Of a stretch of 64,000 nucleotides of DNA, positions 27,400 through 37,463 are shown one piece after another (the stretch's first letter is position 1; every line of letters starts with the position of its first letter). Source of the DNA: Candidatus Latescibacterota bacterium (lineage in GTDB: Bacteria; Latescibacterota; UBA2968; UBA8231); assembly GCA_965203355.1 (NCBI GenBank), contig OZ241889.1, positions 864,001 through 928,000 on the forward strand, in the 5' to 3' direction. A model generated the notes under the pieces. The model was not told the DNA's origin and did no database searches. It worked only from the letters and a program-made list of their open reading frames with translations. The translations under genes and the position numbers were made by a program.

Positions 27400-28311
27400 A
27401 TGGCCGAATTCGATACCATCGCCAAACACCTCATCCACACCTATCCCCGAGACTTCGCCCGCTTCGCCCTCCAACAAGACGACCTCGAAGTCCTCGACAT
27501 CCTCGACACCGAACAACCCACCGTTGAAGCCCACCGCACCGACAGCCTCATCCGCGTGCGCGTCCACGACGAGGAGGCCCTCATCCATCACGAATTTCAA
27601 ACCACCGACAGCAACCCCCCCATGCCGCAGCGCATGGCCGGTTACATCGGCCGCAGCATCGAACAGCACGGCCTGCCCATCTATGCCAACGTCATCTATC
27701 TGCGGCCCGACGCCGGCCGGCGCGACCCGGGGTATTATCTCCAAGCGCGGCGCGGCTTCCGCGTGTTGGTGCAATACCAAGTGATTCGGCTGAGTGAGCT
27801 AGACGGCCAACAGACGCTCGATGCGGGGGATGCGGGTTTGCTTCCGTTTGCGCCGTTGATGCAGCGGCCGACGGGTGTGGATGCGGCAGCATGGCTGCGC
27901 CGGTGTGTGAATCGGGCGCAACAGATGCCCATGGCCGCGCTCGCCAAGGCCGATTATCTGGTCCATCTTGCGATTTTGAGCGGGTTGGTGTATAAATCAG
28001 AAACGATTATGACCATCATCTCGGAGGCGACCATGTACGAATCGTCGGTAGTGCAGTATTTCACGGAAAAGGCACTTGAGCAAGGCATTGAGCAAGGCAT
28101 CGAGCAAGGCATTGAGCAAGGCGGCCGAGAACGCGCGATTGAATACCTGCTCGACGTGCTGGCGCTTCGCTTTGGGCTGGCCGCGTCGGCTCCATTGGCC
28201 GTCCGCTTGGGGTCTATTGACGATGTGCAGGACCTCAAGCAGTTGCATCGAGCGGCCATACAGGTGCCCAGTCTCGAAGCCTTTAGGCACTTGCTAGACG
28301 GCCTCGAGTAA
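27400..28311 (+). CDS. Rpn-family (recombination-promoting nuclease / putative transposase-like) PD-(D/E)XK protein
   Basis: FD-IAK, RTDSL, HHEFQT, MPQRMAGY, (EQGI)n linker and helical C-terminal domain. Confidence 0.85.
   Translation: MAEFDTIAKHLIHTYPRDFARFALQQDDLEVLDILDTEQPTVEAHRTDSLIRVRVHDEEALIHHEFQTTDSNPPMPQRMAGYIGRSIEQHGLPIYANVIYLRPDAGRRDPGYYLQARRGFRVLVQYQVIRLSELDGQQTLDAGDAGLLPFAPLMQRPTGVDAAAWLRRCVNRAQQMPMAALAKADYLVHLAILSGLVYKSETIMTIISEATMYESSVVQYFTEKALEQGIEQGIEQGIEQGGRERAIEYLLDVLALRFGLAASAPLAVRLGSIDDVQDLKQLHRAAIQVPSLEAFRHLLDGLE
28033..28311 (+). CDS. Predicted internal small protein (RpnS-like, 92 aa), in frame within the Rpn gene
   Basis: GGAGG at 28023-28027, 5 nt before an in-frame ATG just upstream of the EQGI repeats. 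Confidence 0.6.
   Translation: MYESSVVQYFTEKALEQGIEQGIEQGIEQGGRERAIEYLLDVLALRFGLAASAPLAVRLGSIDDVQDLKQLHRAAIQVPSLEAFRHLLDGLE
28078..28122 (+). repeat. 12-bp tandem repeat GAGCAAGGCATY x3.75 (EQGI)
   Basis: Read directly from the sequence. Confidence 0.92.
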
Positions 28312-28517
28312 AGGTGCTGTGCAACGTCAGTGATAATTGATAAAGGCGACCTTGTGCTCGGTGAAAAACTCGGTTCTGGTGTCGCCTGATTCCGGGATCC
28401 CATGCCCGGAGGCCTTCACCTCGCCCCCATATCCACGCGCATTTGCTTGACGTGCGCTAGCGCCCTGTCGGTGAACCTCGCGCTCGGCGTCATGTAGCTC
28501 CCGTGAAATGCTGCGGC

Positions 28518-29678
28518 TCAAGACCACAGCGGCACCCCGGCAGGCAGCGCGGCGGCGATGGCTTCTTCGTCTAGCTCGACGCCCAAGCCAGGGCCGTCGG
28601 GCACGGCGATATAACCTTGCTGAATGGGGTTCTTAATGTCGAGCATGGTGCTCCACAGCGGAATGTTGCGCGAGTGATGCTCTAAGGCGAGGAAATTGGG
28701 CAAGGTGGAACAGATGTGTACTGCGGCCATGCCCGTAATTGCGCTCCGCATGTAGTGGGGAGCTATGGACATGTGGTACATCTCGGCCAGTTCGGCGATG
28801 CGGCGGATTTCAATGGCACCGCCGCTGTGGGGAATGTCCGGCTCCAGCAGGTCGCAGGCCTGTTGTTCCATCAACTCGCGGAACATCTTAGCTCCGTAAA
28901 AAATCTCTCCAGTGCAGATCGGCGTCTCGGTCTGCTGACAGATCTTGGCCAAGGCGGCGACATTGCCCCACTCCCAGCGGATGGGATCCTCCAACCACAG
29001 CAGGTCGAGGTGCTCCACGTCTTTGCAGATGCGCAGCGCGTCGGCTAGGTTGAAGGAACCGTGCAAGTCGATGGACAAGTCGATGTAAGGGCCGATCGCT
29101 TGGCGCAGACTTTCGATGGTGGTGACGATGTGGTGGTGCTGCCGGCGGCTGATAGAGCGGTCGTACGCGTCGAGTTTCCAGGGGTTGGGTACATCGAGGT
29201 CGAACTTGATCGCGGTGTACCCTTCGGCTACCACCTCTTGGGCCATGGACACGTAGGCACTGGTTTCGTACACCGGGTCTAATTGCCCGCTGGCCCGCGT
29301 CTCCTGCCAGCGTCGCTCGGAGTCTTCCCGCGTCCAGTGTGCGCCCGAGTGGCAGTCGCAGTACACGCGGATGCGGTCGCGCAGTTTGCCGCCCAGCAGT
29401 TCGTGCATGGGTGCGTTTAGCTGCTTGCCGCGGATGTCCCACAGGGCAATTTCCACGCCAGCACCGCGGCCCTGCATCTGCCACAGGTGGTCGTAGTGCA
29501 GCCGGTTGATGTGGGTTGGGTCGCGGCCAATGAGCATTTGTTTGAGCAGCCCGATAGGCCCCCCAACAGTCCACTCGCCGAGGCCGACAATGCCTTCATC
29601 GGTGAAGATTTTCAGCAAGGACCAGTGGCGATTTGCCGCGCCGAGGGAAGGCGTAACTTTGATGTCGGTGATCTTCAT
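28518..29678 (-). CDS. Mandelate racemase/muconate lactonizing enzyme family protein (acid-sugar dehydratase-like)
   Basis: TDEGIVGLGE, EIALWDIRGK, KFD, IDLH, WLEDP, TGE, APH, PGLGVE. Confidence 0.92.
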   Translation of the reverse strand: MKITDIKVTPSLGAANRHWSLLKIFTDEGIVGLGEWTVGGPIGLLKQMLIGRDPTHINRLHYDHLWQMQGRGAGVEIALWDIRGKQLNAPMHELLGGKLRDRIRVYCDCHSGAHWTREDSERRWQETRASGQLDPVYETSAYVSMAQEVVAEGYTAIKFDLDVPNPWKLDAYDRSISRRQHHHIVTTIESLRQAIGPYIDLSIDLHGSFNLADALRICKDVEHLDLLWLEDPIRWEWGNVAALAKICQQTETPICTGEIFYGAKMFRELMEQQACDLLEPDIPHSGGAIEIRRIAELAEMYHMSIAPHYMRSAITGMAAVHICSTLPNFLALEHHSRNIPLWSTMLDIKNPIQQGYIAVPDGPGLGVELDEEAIAAALPAGVPLWS

Positions 29679-29828
29679 GTGCTCGCTTTCTTTGGCTTAA
29701 AATCAACTTAGTGGACCGAATAGTACTAGTGGGGGCGATCTAGATCTAGGCGTTCCTTTTAGCCGATTTTATAATAGCTCTGTTTTATCGCATCGACAAT
29801 CAGGGATAGAATACTTGGGGTCGCGGTC

Positions 29829-30043
29829 AAGTAGAAGAAGCACTCCTTGACGTGCGCGCCGCCGAAACAGCACCCGGTGCGGTGCGTACTCGAGCATCGT
29901 CCCGGCATGTTCGGGCTGGAGCCGCGGCGCAGTCAGTCGCCCGACTTCTTGACCGGCCTCTTGAAGAACCGCAGTTTGGAAGACGATTTTACGCGCCGCG
30001 CACTGTCGCGGCCCTTGTCGATCTGTACGCCAATGAATTCTAA
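29829..30043 (+). pseudogene. 3' fragment of an unknown gene upstream of the SF1 helicase
   Basis: Open frame QVEEALLDV...VAALVDLYANEF* with no good start, ending 39 nt before the helicase. Confidence 0.35.
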
Positions 30044-30082
30044 CAATCCGCCGTCGCCGATGGCCTCCTCTGAAGACCGAGG

Positions 30083-33000
30083 ATGAAACGCCCTAAAGAG
30101 CTACGTTTCATCTCGCTGAAGTACGCCGGACGCTGCCGATCGTGCGCCATGAGGATCGAGGTAGGCCAGCGCGCCCACTGGTCACCATCGTCAAAAGAGG
30201 TCTGGTGTATTGACTGCACAAGTGGCGAGGGTTCCGCGGTCCAAGTTACATCGGATAACGTAGCGGGCGATTCGCGGAATGCGGCAACGAACGCAACTCC
30301 CAGCCGTTCAAGCTCTTCAAAGCCTACTGCCAACAGCGGGCAAACTCCTTGGCAGCAATTATGCAATTATGCGCAGCGGTGCATTGAAGCGGAAGCAGCC
30401 AAATCACTGGTCCCATACGTCCAAAAGGACTCTCTGTGGTTCTTACACTCTGGGGAAGAAGAAATGGTGGTCGGGCAAAGCGATTCAACTTCGGCATCTG
30501 GAGCACTCCCCGATAAACTGAGGTCTCGCACCGGGTCGATCCTCTACGGCTGGCCGACTGTCGTCGTAACCGACCGCGATCACAGACCCAAGGTTACGCC
30601 CCTTTTCGCTGTTCAGACCGAGCCGGAACAAGGCCCCAACTACCAGTGGAAACTCCACGCTACTATGGAGCCAGAGTTCAACTTGGCCATCACGGCAAGC
30701 GGTATCTTCGACCCTTCGATTACTGAAGACATCAGCGACCTGTTAAGTCGCGGCTTGCCATTCGGAGATGCCGATGCTTTTGGCACCCTCGCCGGACGAA
30801 CCGCCGACCTGCTCGGGCTCGAGATCCGGTCGCCTCTCAACGCTAGAATCCTCGAATCGAACATAGACCGCAAACAAGGCGTCTATAACGCCGCGATCTC
30901 GGTCGTGACCGAGCGGTCTGGATACACCAGCACTCTGCTCGAAGAACTGCGACAACTCCAGACCCGAGAAGACTGGTCGACTACGGCTGCGGCACATCTT
31001 CTTCCCAACGGTTTCGCACAGCAGAAAAACAAGCGCCCCCTATCTGGGCTTCTTGCGGCACCACTTGTATGCAACCAATCACAGGAGGAAACACTCGAGC
31101 GTCTCCGCCGAGAATCTCTGACGATCGCGACCGGCCCACCTGGGACCGGCAAGACGCAACTCGTAGTCAACGCGGTTGCGAACGCGTGGCTGGACGGCGA
31201 CAAAGTCTTGGTGACCTCGACCAACAATGGTGCGGTTGACGTGGCCGTAGATCGTGCGGAAAAGGACGTGAGTAGCGGCTTGTTAGTCCGCACCGGCAAT
31301 CGCGACATGCACGAGCAGGTTTCGGATCGCATTATCGCGGCATCGGCTCAGGCGGCAGCGCAGCGCGGCAACCAAGCCGTAGCGCGTGCCCAATTGAAGC
31401 GAGTCGCCACTGAGCGCACCCAGCTAATGGAGAAATTGGCTCGGCTGGACGAACTGGATGTGGAACTGTTGCATTTTGTAGAGAAACAAGCGGAACTCCG
31501 GCAAGCCTTGAAAGATGTGGCGCGAGTACTCTGGCCTAATGCAAGTCCTCCTAAGCTACCGGTCAGTTCCCGCAAAATAGAGCGCCGAGCTAGCCAGTTG
31601 TTGAGGGTGTGGTTGTTCCGTCGCTTCCGTGCGCGTCGTTTCTGTCAGCGGCTCGGTTGCTGTGAAACCGCTCCATTGGAGCAACTCGTCACTTGGGCTC
31701 GGATTGATCAGCGCCTAGCAGAGCTGACCTCTCAATTGGAAATTGGACGAGCGGAACGTCGACAACTGAAATCCGAAGTGGGCGATCCGTCGAGCAGTGT
31801 GCGCGAAGCAGACCAGAAATGGGCCGATGCAAGCCTCTACGCAATTCGCGTGGACACGGCAACGCGAGTCTCTTCCGGTGCTGACCGTCTAGCAGCTTTC
31901 GGCACAATACCTGCCAACGGCGACCGCTTTAAAAGAGCAATTAGCAATTCGTTTCAACACTTGCGAGGCTGGGCCTGCACGGCATTAACAGCCCATTCTA
32001 ACTTCCCCTTGGAATCAGGATTGTTTGACCTCGTGATCGTCGATGAGGCCAGCCAGTGCAGCCTGGCGGCCGTATTGCCGTTAGCCTACCGCGCAAAACG
32101 CTTGGCGGTCGTGGGCGATCCATACCAACTGAATCCAATCGTTTCCCTTAGCGATGGACGCTTACAGGAGATCGCCACGCAGACCGGGTTCGACAACGAC
32201 GATCTACGCGACCGCGGCATCCACCACAAATACGGTTCGGCCTACTCCGCGTTCGAGTCTGTCGCACCCCAAACACCAGTTCTTCTCAACGAGCACTACC
32301 GCTGTCACCCATACATCGCCCGTTGGTTCAACAAGACGTTCTACAAGGGTGAACTCACCGTATTGACGGACGTCTCCGATGTATCCCAGCGCGATCGTGC
32401 CATCTGGTGGTGCGATGTTGACGGCGCGGCCGTACGGCCCGCTACTGGAAGCTGGCGAAATCAGGTAGAGGCAGAGGAAACAGTGAAACAACTTCATGGC
32501 GTAATCGAATCCGGTTACAAGACCGTCGGCGTGGTAACTCCGTTTACCGCGCAGGCGCGGCTCATCGATCAGCTAGCCAAAACGCAATTCGGCCAGGATT
32601 TCCTAGACGACATTGATTTTGTAAGTGGAACTGCACATCGCCTGCAGGGAGACGAGCGTGATGCGGTCATTATTTCTTCCGTGCTCTCGCCCGGCATGTC
32701 TAAGAGCGGTGCCCGTTGGATAGAAAAAGAGAGAAACCTCCTCAACGTGGCTGTCAGCCGCGCCCGTCGAGCACTAATCGTTCTCGGGCACCCGCTCATG
32801 GGAGATTTGGGGAGTCCTACCTTGGCCTCCCTGCGGGGCTATCTGCGCGATGAAGTCGCCCGGGGTGAGGGCACTGGTTCGCCGTCCGCCGAGTTCCGCA
32901 CGGACAGCACGTCTGAGAAAATCCTGCTCGACGCCATGCAACTCCAAGATCTCTTACCCTATGGCAAGATTGAGATACAAGGGTACGAGCTGGACTTTGC

Positions 33001-33235
33001 GCTGCTAGAACAAGGAATTAAGCTGAACATCGAGGTTGACGGCGATCAGCACCTCGACGCCAGAAGCCAACAACGACGCCAGGATATTACACGAGACCGC
33101 GTCTTGGTCAATCTCGGTTGGACGATCCTGCGGATACCGGCGTGGCGATGCCACGAGGAAATTGACTCGGTGATTAAAGAAATCAGGAAAACACAGGCCC
33201 AATTGCTTGACAAAGCCTCTCGCCGGACGTTTTAG
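30083..33235 (+). CDS. Superfamily-1 (Upf1/DNA2-like) helicase with N-terminal Cys4 motif and C-terminal DUF559/Vsr-like nuclease
   Basis: CRSC...CIDC; GPPGTGKT, VDEASQ, VGDPYQL, EHYRC, LQGDERD, NVAVSRAR; C-terminal YELDFAL...IEVDGDQH...RDR-L-NLGW-ILR. Confidence 0.9.
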   Translation: MKRPKELRFISLKYAGRCRSCAMRIEVGQRAHWSPSSKEVWCIDCTSGEGSAVQVTSDNVAGDSRNAATNATPSRSSSSKPTANSGQTPWQQLCNYAQRCIEAEAAKSLVPYVQKDSLWFLHSGEEEMVVGQSDSTSASGALPDKLRSRTGSILYGWPTVVVTDRDHRPKVTPLFAVQTEPEQGPNYQWKLHATMEPEFNLAITASGIFDPSITEDISDLLSRGLPFGDADAFGTLAGRTADLLGLEIRSPLNARILESNIDRKQGVYNAAISVVTERSGYTSTLLEELRQLQTREDWSTTAAAHLLPNGFAQQKNKRPLSGLLAAPLVCNQSQEETLERLRRESLTIATGPPGTGKTQLVVNAVANAWLDGDKVLVTSTNNGAVDVAVDRAEKDVSSGLLVRTGNRDMHEQVSDRIIAASAQAAAQRGNQAVARAQLKRVATERTQLMEKLARLDELDVELLHFVEKQAELRQALKDVARVLWPNASPPKLPVSSRKIERRASQLLRVWLFRRFRARRFCQRLGCCETAPLEQLVTWARIDQRLAELTSQLEIGRAERRQLKSEVGDPSSSVREADQKWADASLYAIRVDTATRVSSGADRLAAFGTIPANGDRFKRAISNSFQHLRGWACTALTAHSNFPLESGLFDLVIVDEASQCSLAAVLPLAYRAKRLAVVGDPYQLNPIVSLSDGRLQEIATQTGFDNDDLRDRGIHHKYGSAYSAFESVAPQTPVLLNEHYRCHPYIARWFNKTFYKGELTVLTDVSDVSQRDRAIWWCDVDGAAVRPATGSWRNQVEAEETVKQLHGVIESGYKTVGVVTPFTAQARLIDQLAKTQFGQDFLDDIDFVSGTAHRLQGDERDAVIISSVLSPGMSKSGARWIEKERNLLNVAVSRARRALIVLGHPLMGDLGSPTLASLRGYLRDEVARGEGTGSPSAEFRTDSTSEKILLDAMQLQDLLPYGKIEIQGYELDFALLEQGIKLNIEVDGDQHLDARSQQRRQDITRDRVLVNLGWTILRIPAWRCHEEIDSVIKEIRKTQAQLLDKASRRTF

Positions 33236-33359
33236 CACTTGCTAAGAGAGCCTACCAAGACGCCGACCAGCGACCTAACTTATTTAGAAATAAAAAATTA
33301 AGCGCGCTCCATTTCTACGGAGTTACTCGTGTATAGCATCGCGCCGGGGCGTCGCCTTT

Positions 33360-33605
33360 TTATTTAAGATTTTCCAAGAAATGTTCTATTTCCACATTAG
33401 CTTTTTTTAGATTGATCTTCAATGTACCTTTCGCCATCTCGTTGCCTTGAACAAGAATCATTGTATCTGTCTGACCAGTGTCGGGGTGTGTTCTGGTCAT
33501 CACTATATGACTTCCCCTTTGTCGCTTCAAAATAAACCCTAAGCGTTGAAGGGCGTTTTGGGCTTTCTGCGACGAGATACCAGAGGGAATTTTAGCATTA
33601 GGCAA
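33360..33605 (-). CDS. hicA: HicA-family mRNA interferase toxin
   Basis: LQRLGF-LKRQRGSH...KGTLK-NLKKA. Confidence 0.85.
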   Translation of the reverse strand: MPNAKIPSGISSQKAQNALQRLGFILKRQRGSHIVMTRTHPDTGQTDTMILVQGNEMAKGTLKINLKKANVEIEHFLENLK

Positions 33606-33795
33606 GATGCAATTCTCTCTGATGGCTTTCTGTAACTTCTTCTAGATAGAGAGCTACGGCTTCTTTGAGATTTTTAAAAGCCTCTTCCTCATCCTTGCCT
33701 TGGCTGGCTATTCCGATCTGAGGACAATGGGATACGTACAGTCCTTTTTTTTCTTGATAGATTTCAGCCGTTAGGATTGTTCCTTGTTGTGGCAC
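33598..33795 (-). CDS. hicB: Short HicB-family antitoxin (no DNA-binding domain)
   Basis: YVSHCPQIGIASQGKDEEEAFKNLKEAVALYLE; GTG after AAAGGAG. Confidence 0.88.
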   Translation of the reverse strand: MPQQGTILTAEIYQEKKGLYVSHCPQIGIASQGKDEEEAFKNLKEAVALYLEEVTESHQRELHLA

Positions 33796-34004
33796 AAGCA
33801 ACTCCTTTCTTTGGGGTGAGTATTACAGCAGACTTTGCCCAGCGATACCATAGGGTGGTTGGAGTCGGGCGAATCATTGGATTTTGTTTTTGGATAAGGA
33901 TCGCACGTGAAGTGGTTGATTGCCGCCAGTTGCACTATCCCAACTTCTGAAGAGTGCGTGGATCATGCTTGGCATCCGCTCCGGGGAGCGAGACAAGTTT
34001 ATAC

Positions 34005-34037
34005 ACGTCTCTCCAGAGAATCACCCCGGAGAGACGT
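34005..34037 (-). terminator. Hairpin downstream of tmRNA
   Basis: 10-bp perfect inverted repeat ACGTCTCTCC / GGAGAGACGT with a 13-nt loop, 15 nt past the tmRNA CCA. Weak U-tract. Confidence 0.5.
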
Positions 34038-34052
34038 TTGTGTCTGGAAGAA

Positions 34053-34412
34053 TGGTGGAGGCGGCGGGAATCGAACCCGCGTCCGAGACCGGTTCTACCG
34101 AAATATGCTACGTGCGTAGTCGGCCTTAATTATCTCGCCTGTTGCGCCGCTGGCCAACGAGCCTCGCAACGAGCCAGCCCGAAAAATCTCGCCCCATTCC
34201 CTCGGGCGAAGGTTTGGGACCAGCCTGCTAAAAGATGACATTGGGGCCGGCCGCGCAGGCTCAACAGACCCCAATGGGCTGCGCTAAGTTTAGGCAGCCA
34301 GAGCGTACGTGTTAGTTTCGTCGCTTAATTTTGTTCCCGATGATTTACGAGGTGTCGGGACCTCGGCACGCAATTTGGGCTTCTCCGACCCCGTCGAAGC
34401 CAAGTCGCCCCC
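34053..34412 (-). ncRNA. ssrA: tmRNA; tag (A)DETNTYALAA
   Basis: 5' GGGGGCGAC..TTCGACGGGG; 3' GACGCGGGTTCGATTCCCGCCGCCTCCACCA; tag ORF 34322-34290 ending YALAA*; 360 nt. Confidence 0.97.
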
Positions 34413-34419
34413 TTGGAGC

Positions 34420-34449
34420 ATAATAACCGAAAATCGCCCACAATGTCAA
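34420..34449 (-). promoter_or_regulatory. ssrA promoter
   Basis: TTGACA-N18-TATTAT, 7 nt before the mature 5' end. Confidence 0.75.
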
Positions 34450-34452
34450 CGC

Positions 34453-35409
34453 TCAGTTCACCACGTTGATCGGCGCGCCCGCCAGAAAGGCCCGCACGTT
34501 TGCTGCCGTCATTTGCATCAGTCGCTTGCGCGCCTCTAGCGTGGCCCAAGCCATGTGTGGCGTGATGAGCAGATTCGGTGCCTGCAAGAGCGGGTTGCCG
34601 CTGGCAATCGGCTCGACGGAAGCCACATCCGTTGCCGCCGCCCGAGGCTTGCCGGCGCGCAGTGCTTGCAAAAGGGCCTGTTCGTCGACGAGTGCTCCGC
34701 GCGCCGTGTTGATCAACAGCGACCCTTCCTTCATGGTCGCCAACAATTCGGCGTTGACGAAGCCAGTGTTGGCGGGCGTCTGCGGGCAGTGCAAGCTGAC
34801 CACGTCGGCCCCGGCGAAAATCTCGGCCGTGCTCTTGAGGTCAAACGGCGCGTACCCCGGCCGGTCCTTGGGCGACGGCGCATACGCCCAGACTTCCATG
34901 CCAAAAGCGTGGGCCAACTCGCCGACGCGCTGGCCGATACGCCCAAAGCCTACCAGGCCGATAACTTTCCCGGCTAGCTCGGTAAGCGGCGTCTCCCAGA
35001 AACACCAATAGCCCGATTCCGCCCAGTCGCCGCGATGGACCGCTGCATCGTGGCGACCGACGTGGTGGCACAGCTCCAGCAGCAGGGCCATGGTGTACTG
35101 GGCGACCGAGTCGGTGCCGTACACTGGAATGTTTGACACCGGGATGGCGCGTGCGCGTGCCGCTTCCACATCGACGACGTTGTAGCCAGTGGCCGTAACC
35201 GACACAAAGCGCAAATTGGGCAGCTGGACAAACGTCTCGGCTGTCAGTGGTACCTTGTTGGTCAAAATCACGTCGGCGTCCACAGCCCGTTCCAAGATCA
35301 GGTCGTCGGACGTTTTGTCGTACACCGCAAACTCGCCCAGTGCCGCGACCGGATCCCAAGGATTATCCCCGGGGTTTAAGGTGTGTCCGTCTAGTACTGT
35401 GATTTTCAT
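34453..35409 (-). CDS. D-2-hydroxyacid dehydrogenase (glycerate dehydrogenase-like)
   Basis: ATGYNVVD, GFGRIG, LHCP, INTARG, TPHMAW. Confidence 0.93.
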   Translation of the reverse strand: MKITVLDGHTLNPGDNPWDPVAALGEFAVYDKTSDDLILERAVDADVILTNKVPLTAETFVQLPNLRFVSVTATGYNVVDVEAARARAIPVSNIPVYGTDSVAQYTMALLLELCHHVGRHDAAVHRGDWAESGYWCFWETPLTELAGKVIGLVGFGRIGQRVGELAHAFGMEVWAYAPSPKDRPGYAPFDLKSTAEIFAGADVVSLHCPQTPANTGFVNAELLATMKEGSLLINTARGALVDEQALLQALRAGKPRAAATDVASVEPIASGNPLLQAPNLLITPHMAWATLEARKRLMQMTAANVRAFLAGAPINVVN

Positions 35410-35430
35410 AAGGTTCCTTTTGTTGGCGTC

Positions 35431-37272
35431 CTATTTCCGTAGCTGACCCACGTCCCGCACGGCCCCGTATGCCGCGCTCGTCGTTAGTGCGGCATACGCT
35501 TGGAGCGATTGAGGGACGTGGCGCTGGCGGTTGCTGGGCCGATAGGCGTCTATTTTTTGCCGCCGCGCAGACAGCTCGGCGTCCGCGATTAGCACGTCGA
35601 TTTTGCGATTGGGAATGTCGATGCGAATCCGGTCGCCGGTTTCCACTAAGGCCAGTGCCCCGCCCTCGGCTGCTTCCGGCGAGACGTGGCCAATCGACAG
35701 CCCGGAGGTGCCGCCGGAAAAGCGGCCATCGGTCAACAGCGCACAGGTCTTGTCCAGCCCCATGGACTTGATGTACGACGTTGGATAGAGCATCTCTTGC
35801 ATCCCCGGCCCGCCCTTGGGGCCCTCGTAGCGGATCACTACCACGTCGCCAGCGCGGACCGTACCGCCGAGGATGCCCTCGCAGGCCTCGTCCTGCGACT
35901 CGAAGATCCGGGCCGTGCCCTCAAACACCCATATTGACTCATCAACGCCCGCCGTCTTCACGATGCAGCCCTCCTCGGCGATATTGCCGAAAAGCACGGC
36001 TAGCCCGCCATCCTGCGAATAGGCGTGCGCGACCGAGCGGATGCAGCCCGTTTGATCTTCCACGTCCGGCCCGATGTAAAAGTTGTTCTGGGAGAAGGCG
36101 GTTTTCGTCCGCTCGTTGCCCGGGGCCGCCACCGACCGGTCCAAGGCCATCGGGTCCACCGGACCGGGTCCGCGGATGTCGTTGGCGGCGATGAGCTCGC
36201 CCAGCGACAGCCCGGCAACGGTCGGCGGCTCGGGGTGAATCTTACCAGCGCGCAACAACTCGCCGAGAATGCTCATAATGCCGCCAGCGCGGGAGACGTC
36301 CTCCATGTGAAACTTCTGCGTGGCCGGCGCCACTTTGCAGATACAGGGGACTTGCCGCGAGAGCCGGTCGATGTCGGCCATGGTGAAATTGACTTCGGCC
36401 TCGCGCGCCATGGCCAACAGGTGCAAGACCGTGTTGGTGGAGCCGCCCATGGCAATGTCTAAGGTCATGGCGTTTTCAAAGGCCGCGAAATTCGCAATGC
36501 TGCGCGGCAGCACCGACGTGTCGCCTTCTAAGTAAAATGCCTTAGCCATTTCGACGATTCGCTTGCCGGCCGCGGCAAAAAGCTCCCAGCGCAGTGCGTG
36601 CGTGGCGAGGACGGTGCCGTTGCCCGGCAGGGCGAGGCCGATGGCTTCGTTTAGGCAGTTCATGGAGTTGGCGGTGAACATGCCCGAGCACGAGCCGCAA
36701 GTCGGGCAGGCTTGTTCCTCTATCTTGGCCAAGTCCTCGTCGCTCAAGTCGGGGTTGGCTGCGGCGACCATAGAGTCGATCAGATCGATCTTGGAGCGGC
36801 CCGTTGACAGTTCGGTTTTGCCGGCTTCCATCGGCCCACCCGAAACAAAGATCGCCGGGATGTTGAGCCTGAGTGCAGCCAGCAACATGCCCGGCGTGAT
36901 CTTGTCGCAATTGGAAATGCAGACGAGGGCATCGGCCTTGTGGGCCTGCACCATGTACTCGACGCTGTCGGCGATGAGCTCGCGGCTCGGCAGCGAGTAG
37001 AGCATGCCGTCGTGGCCCATGGCAATGCCGTCGTCCACGGCAATGGTGTTGAACTCCACGCCATAGCCACCGTGCTGGTCAATGACTTCCTTGACCTGCT
37101 GGCCGATGGGGTGTAGATGCACGTGCCCGGGCACGAACTGCGTAAAGGAGTTGGCAATGGCGACGATGGGCTTTTGGAAGTCCTCGGTCTTCATGCCGGT
37201 GGCGCGCCACAGAGCACGGGCGCCGGCCATGCGCCTTCCCTGCGTGGTGGTACTGCTGCGAAATGCTTGCAT
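35431..37272 (-). CDS. ilvD: Dihydroxy-acid dehydratase
   Basis: [48 protein letters not shown]. Confidence 0.97.
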   Translation of the reverse strand: MQAFRSSTTTQGRRMAGARALWRATGMKTEDFQKPIVAIANSFTQFVPGHVHLHPIGQQVKEVIDQHGGYGVEFNTIAVDDGIAMGHDGMLYSLPSRELIADSVEYMVQAHKADALVCISNCDKITPGMLLAALRLNIPAIFVSGGPMEAGKTELSTGRSKIDLIDSMVAAANPDLSDEDLAKIEEQACPTCGSCSGMFTANSMNCLNEAIGLALPGNGTVLATHALRWELFAAAGKRIVEMAKAFYLEGDTSVLPRSIANFAAFENAMTLDIAMGGSTNTVLHLLAMAREAEVNFTMADIDRLSRQVPCICKVAPATQKFHMEDVSRAGGIMSILGELLRAGKIHPEPPTVAGLSLGELIAANDIRGPGPVDPMALDRSVAAPGNERTKTAFSQNNFYIGPDVEDQTGCIRSVAHAYSQDGGLAVLFGNIAEEGCIVKTAGVDESIWVFEGTARIFESQDEACEGILGGTVRAGDVVVIRYEGPKGGPGMQEMLYPTSYIKSMGLDKTCALLTDGRFSGGTSGLSIGHVSPEAAEGGALALVETGDRIRIDIPNRKIDVLIADAELSARRQKIDAYRPSNRQRHVPQSLQAYAALTTSAAYGAVRDVGQLRK

Positions 37273-37463
37273 AATAGCTCTTTCAAAAAGCTGCCGTCTA
37301 GCAGCGGGTTTTAGGTAGCGAGGTCAATTGCGTTGGCGGTTGGCTTGGCTTGCTCGGCACGAATAGCGCAGATAGAGCGGCTTTCGCTCTCACGCGCTTC
37401 GAGGCAAGCACCTGCAAGCGCAATCCGCTCGTTGGCGTTGGCGTGCTGTATGATTGCGACCCT

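Noticed and set aside
27400-28311. Rpn gene as an IS element
   Set aside because: No terminal inverted repeats or target duplication seen; it has a PD-(D/E)XK rather than DDE motif.
28327-28527. 66-aa minus-strand ORF ending INYH, like a HigB tail
   Set aside because: No other HigB motif and no RBS; cannot be assigned.
33853-33875. Degenerate copy of the tmRNA 3' end (att site)
   Set aside because: Only about 13 of 17 bases match, with a gap; not distinguishable from chance, and no integrase is present.
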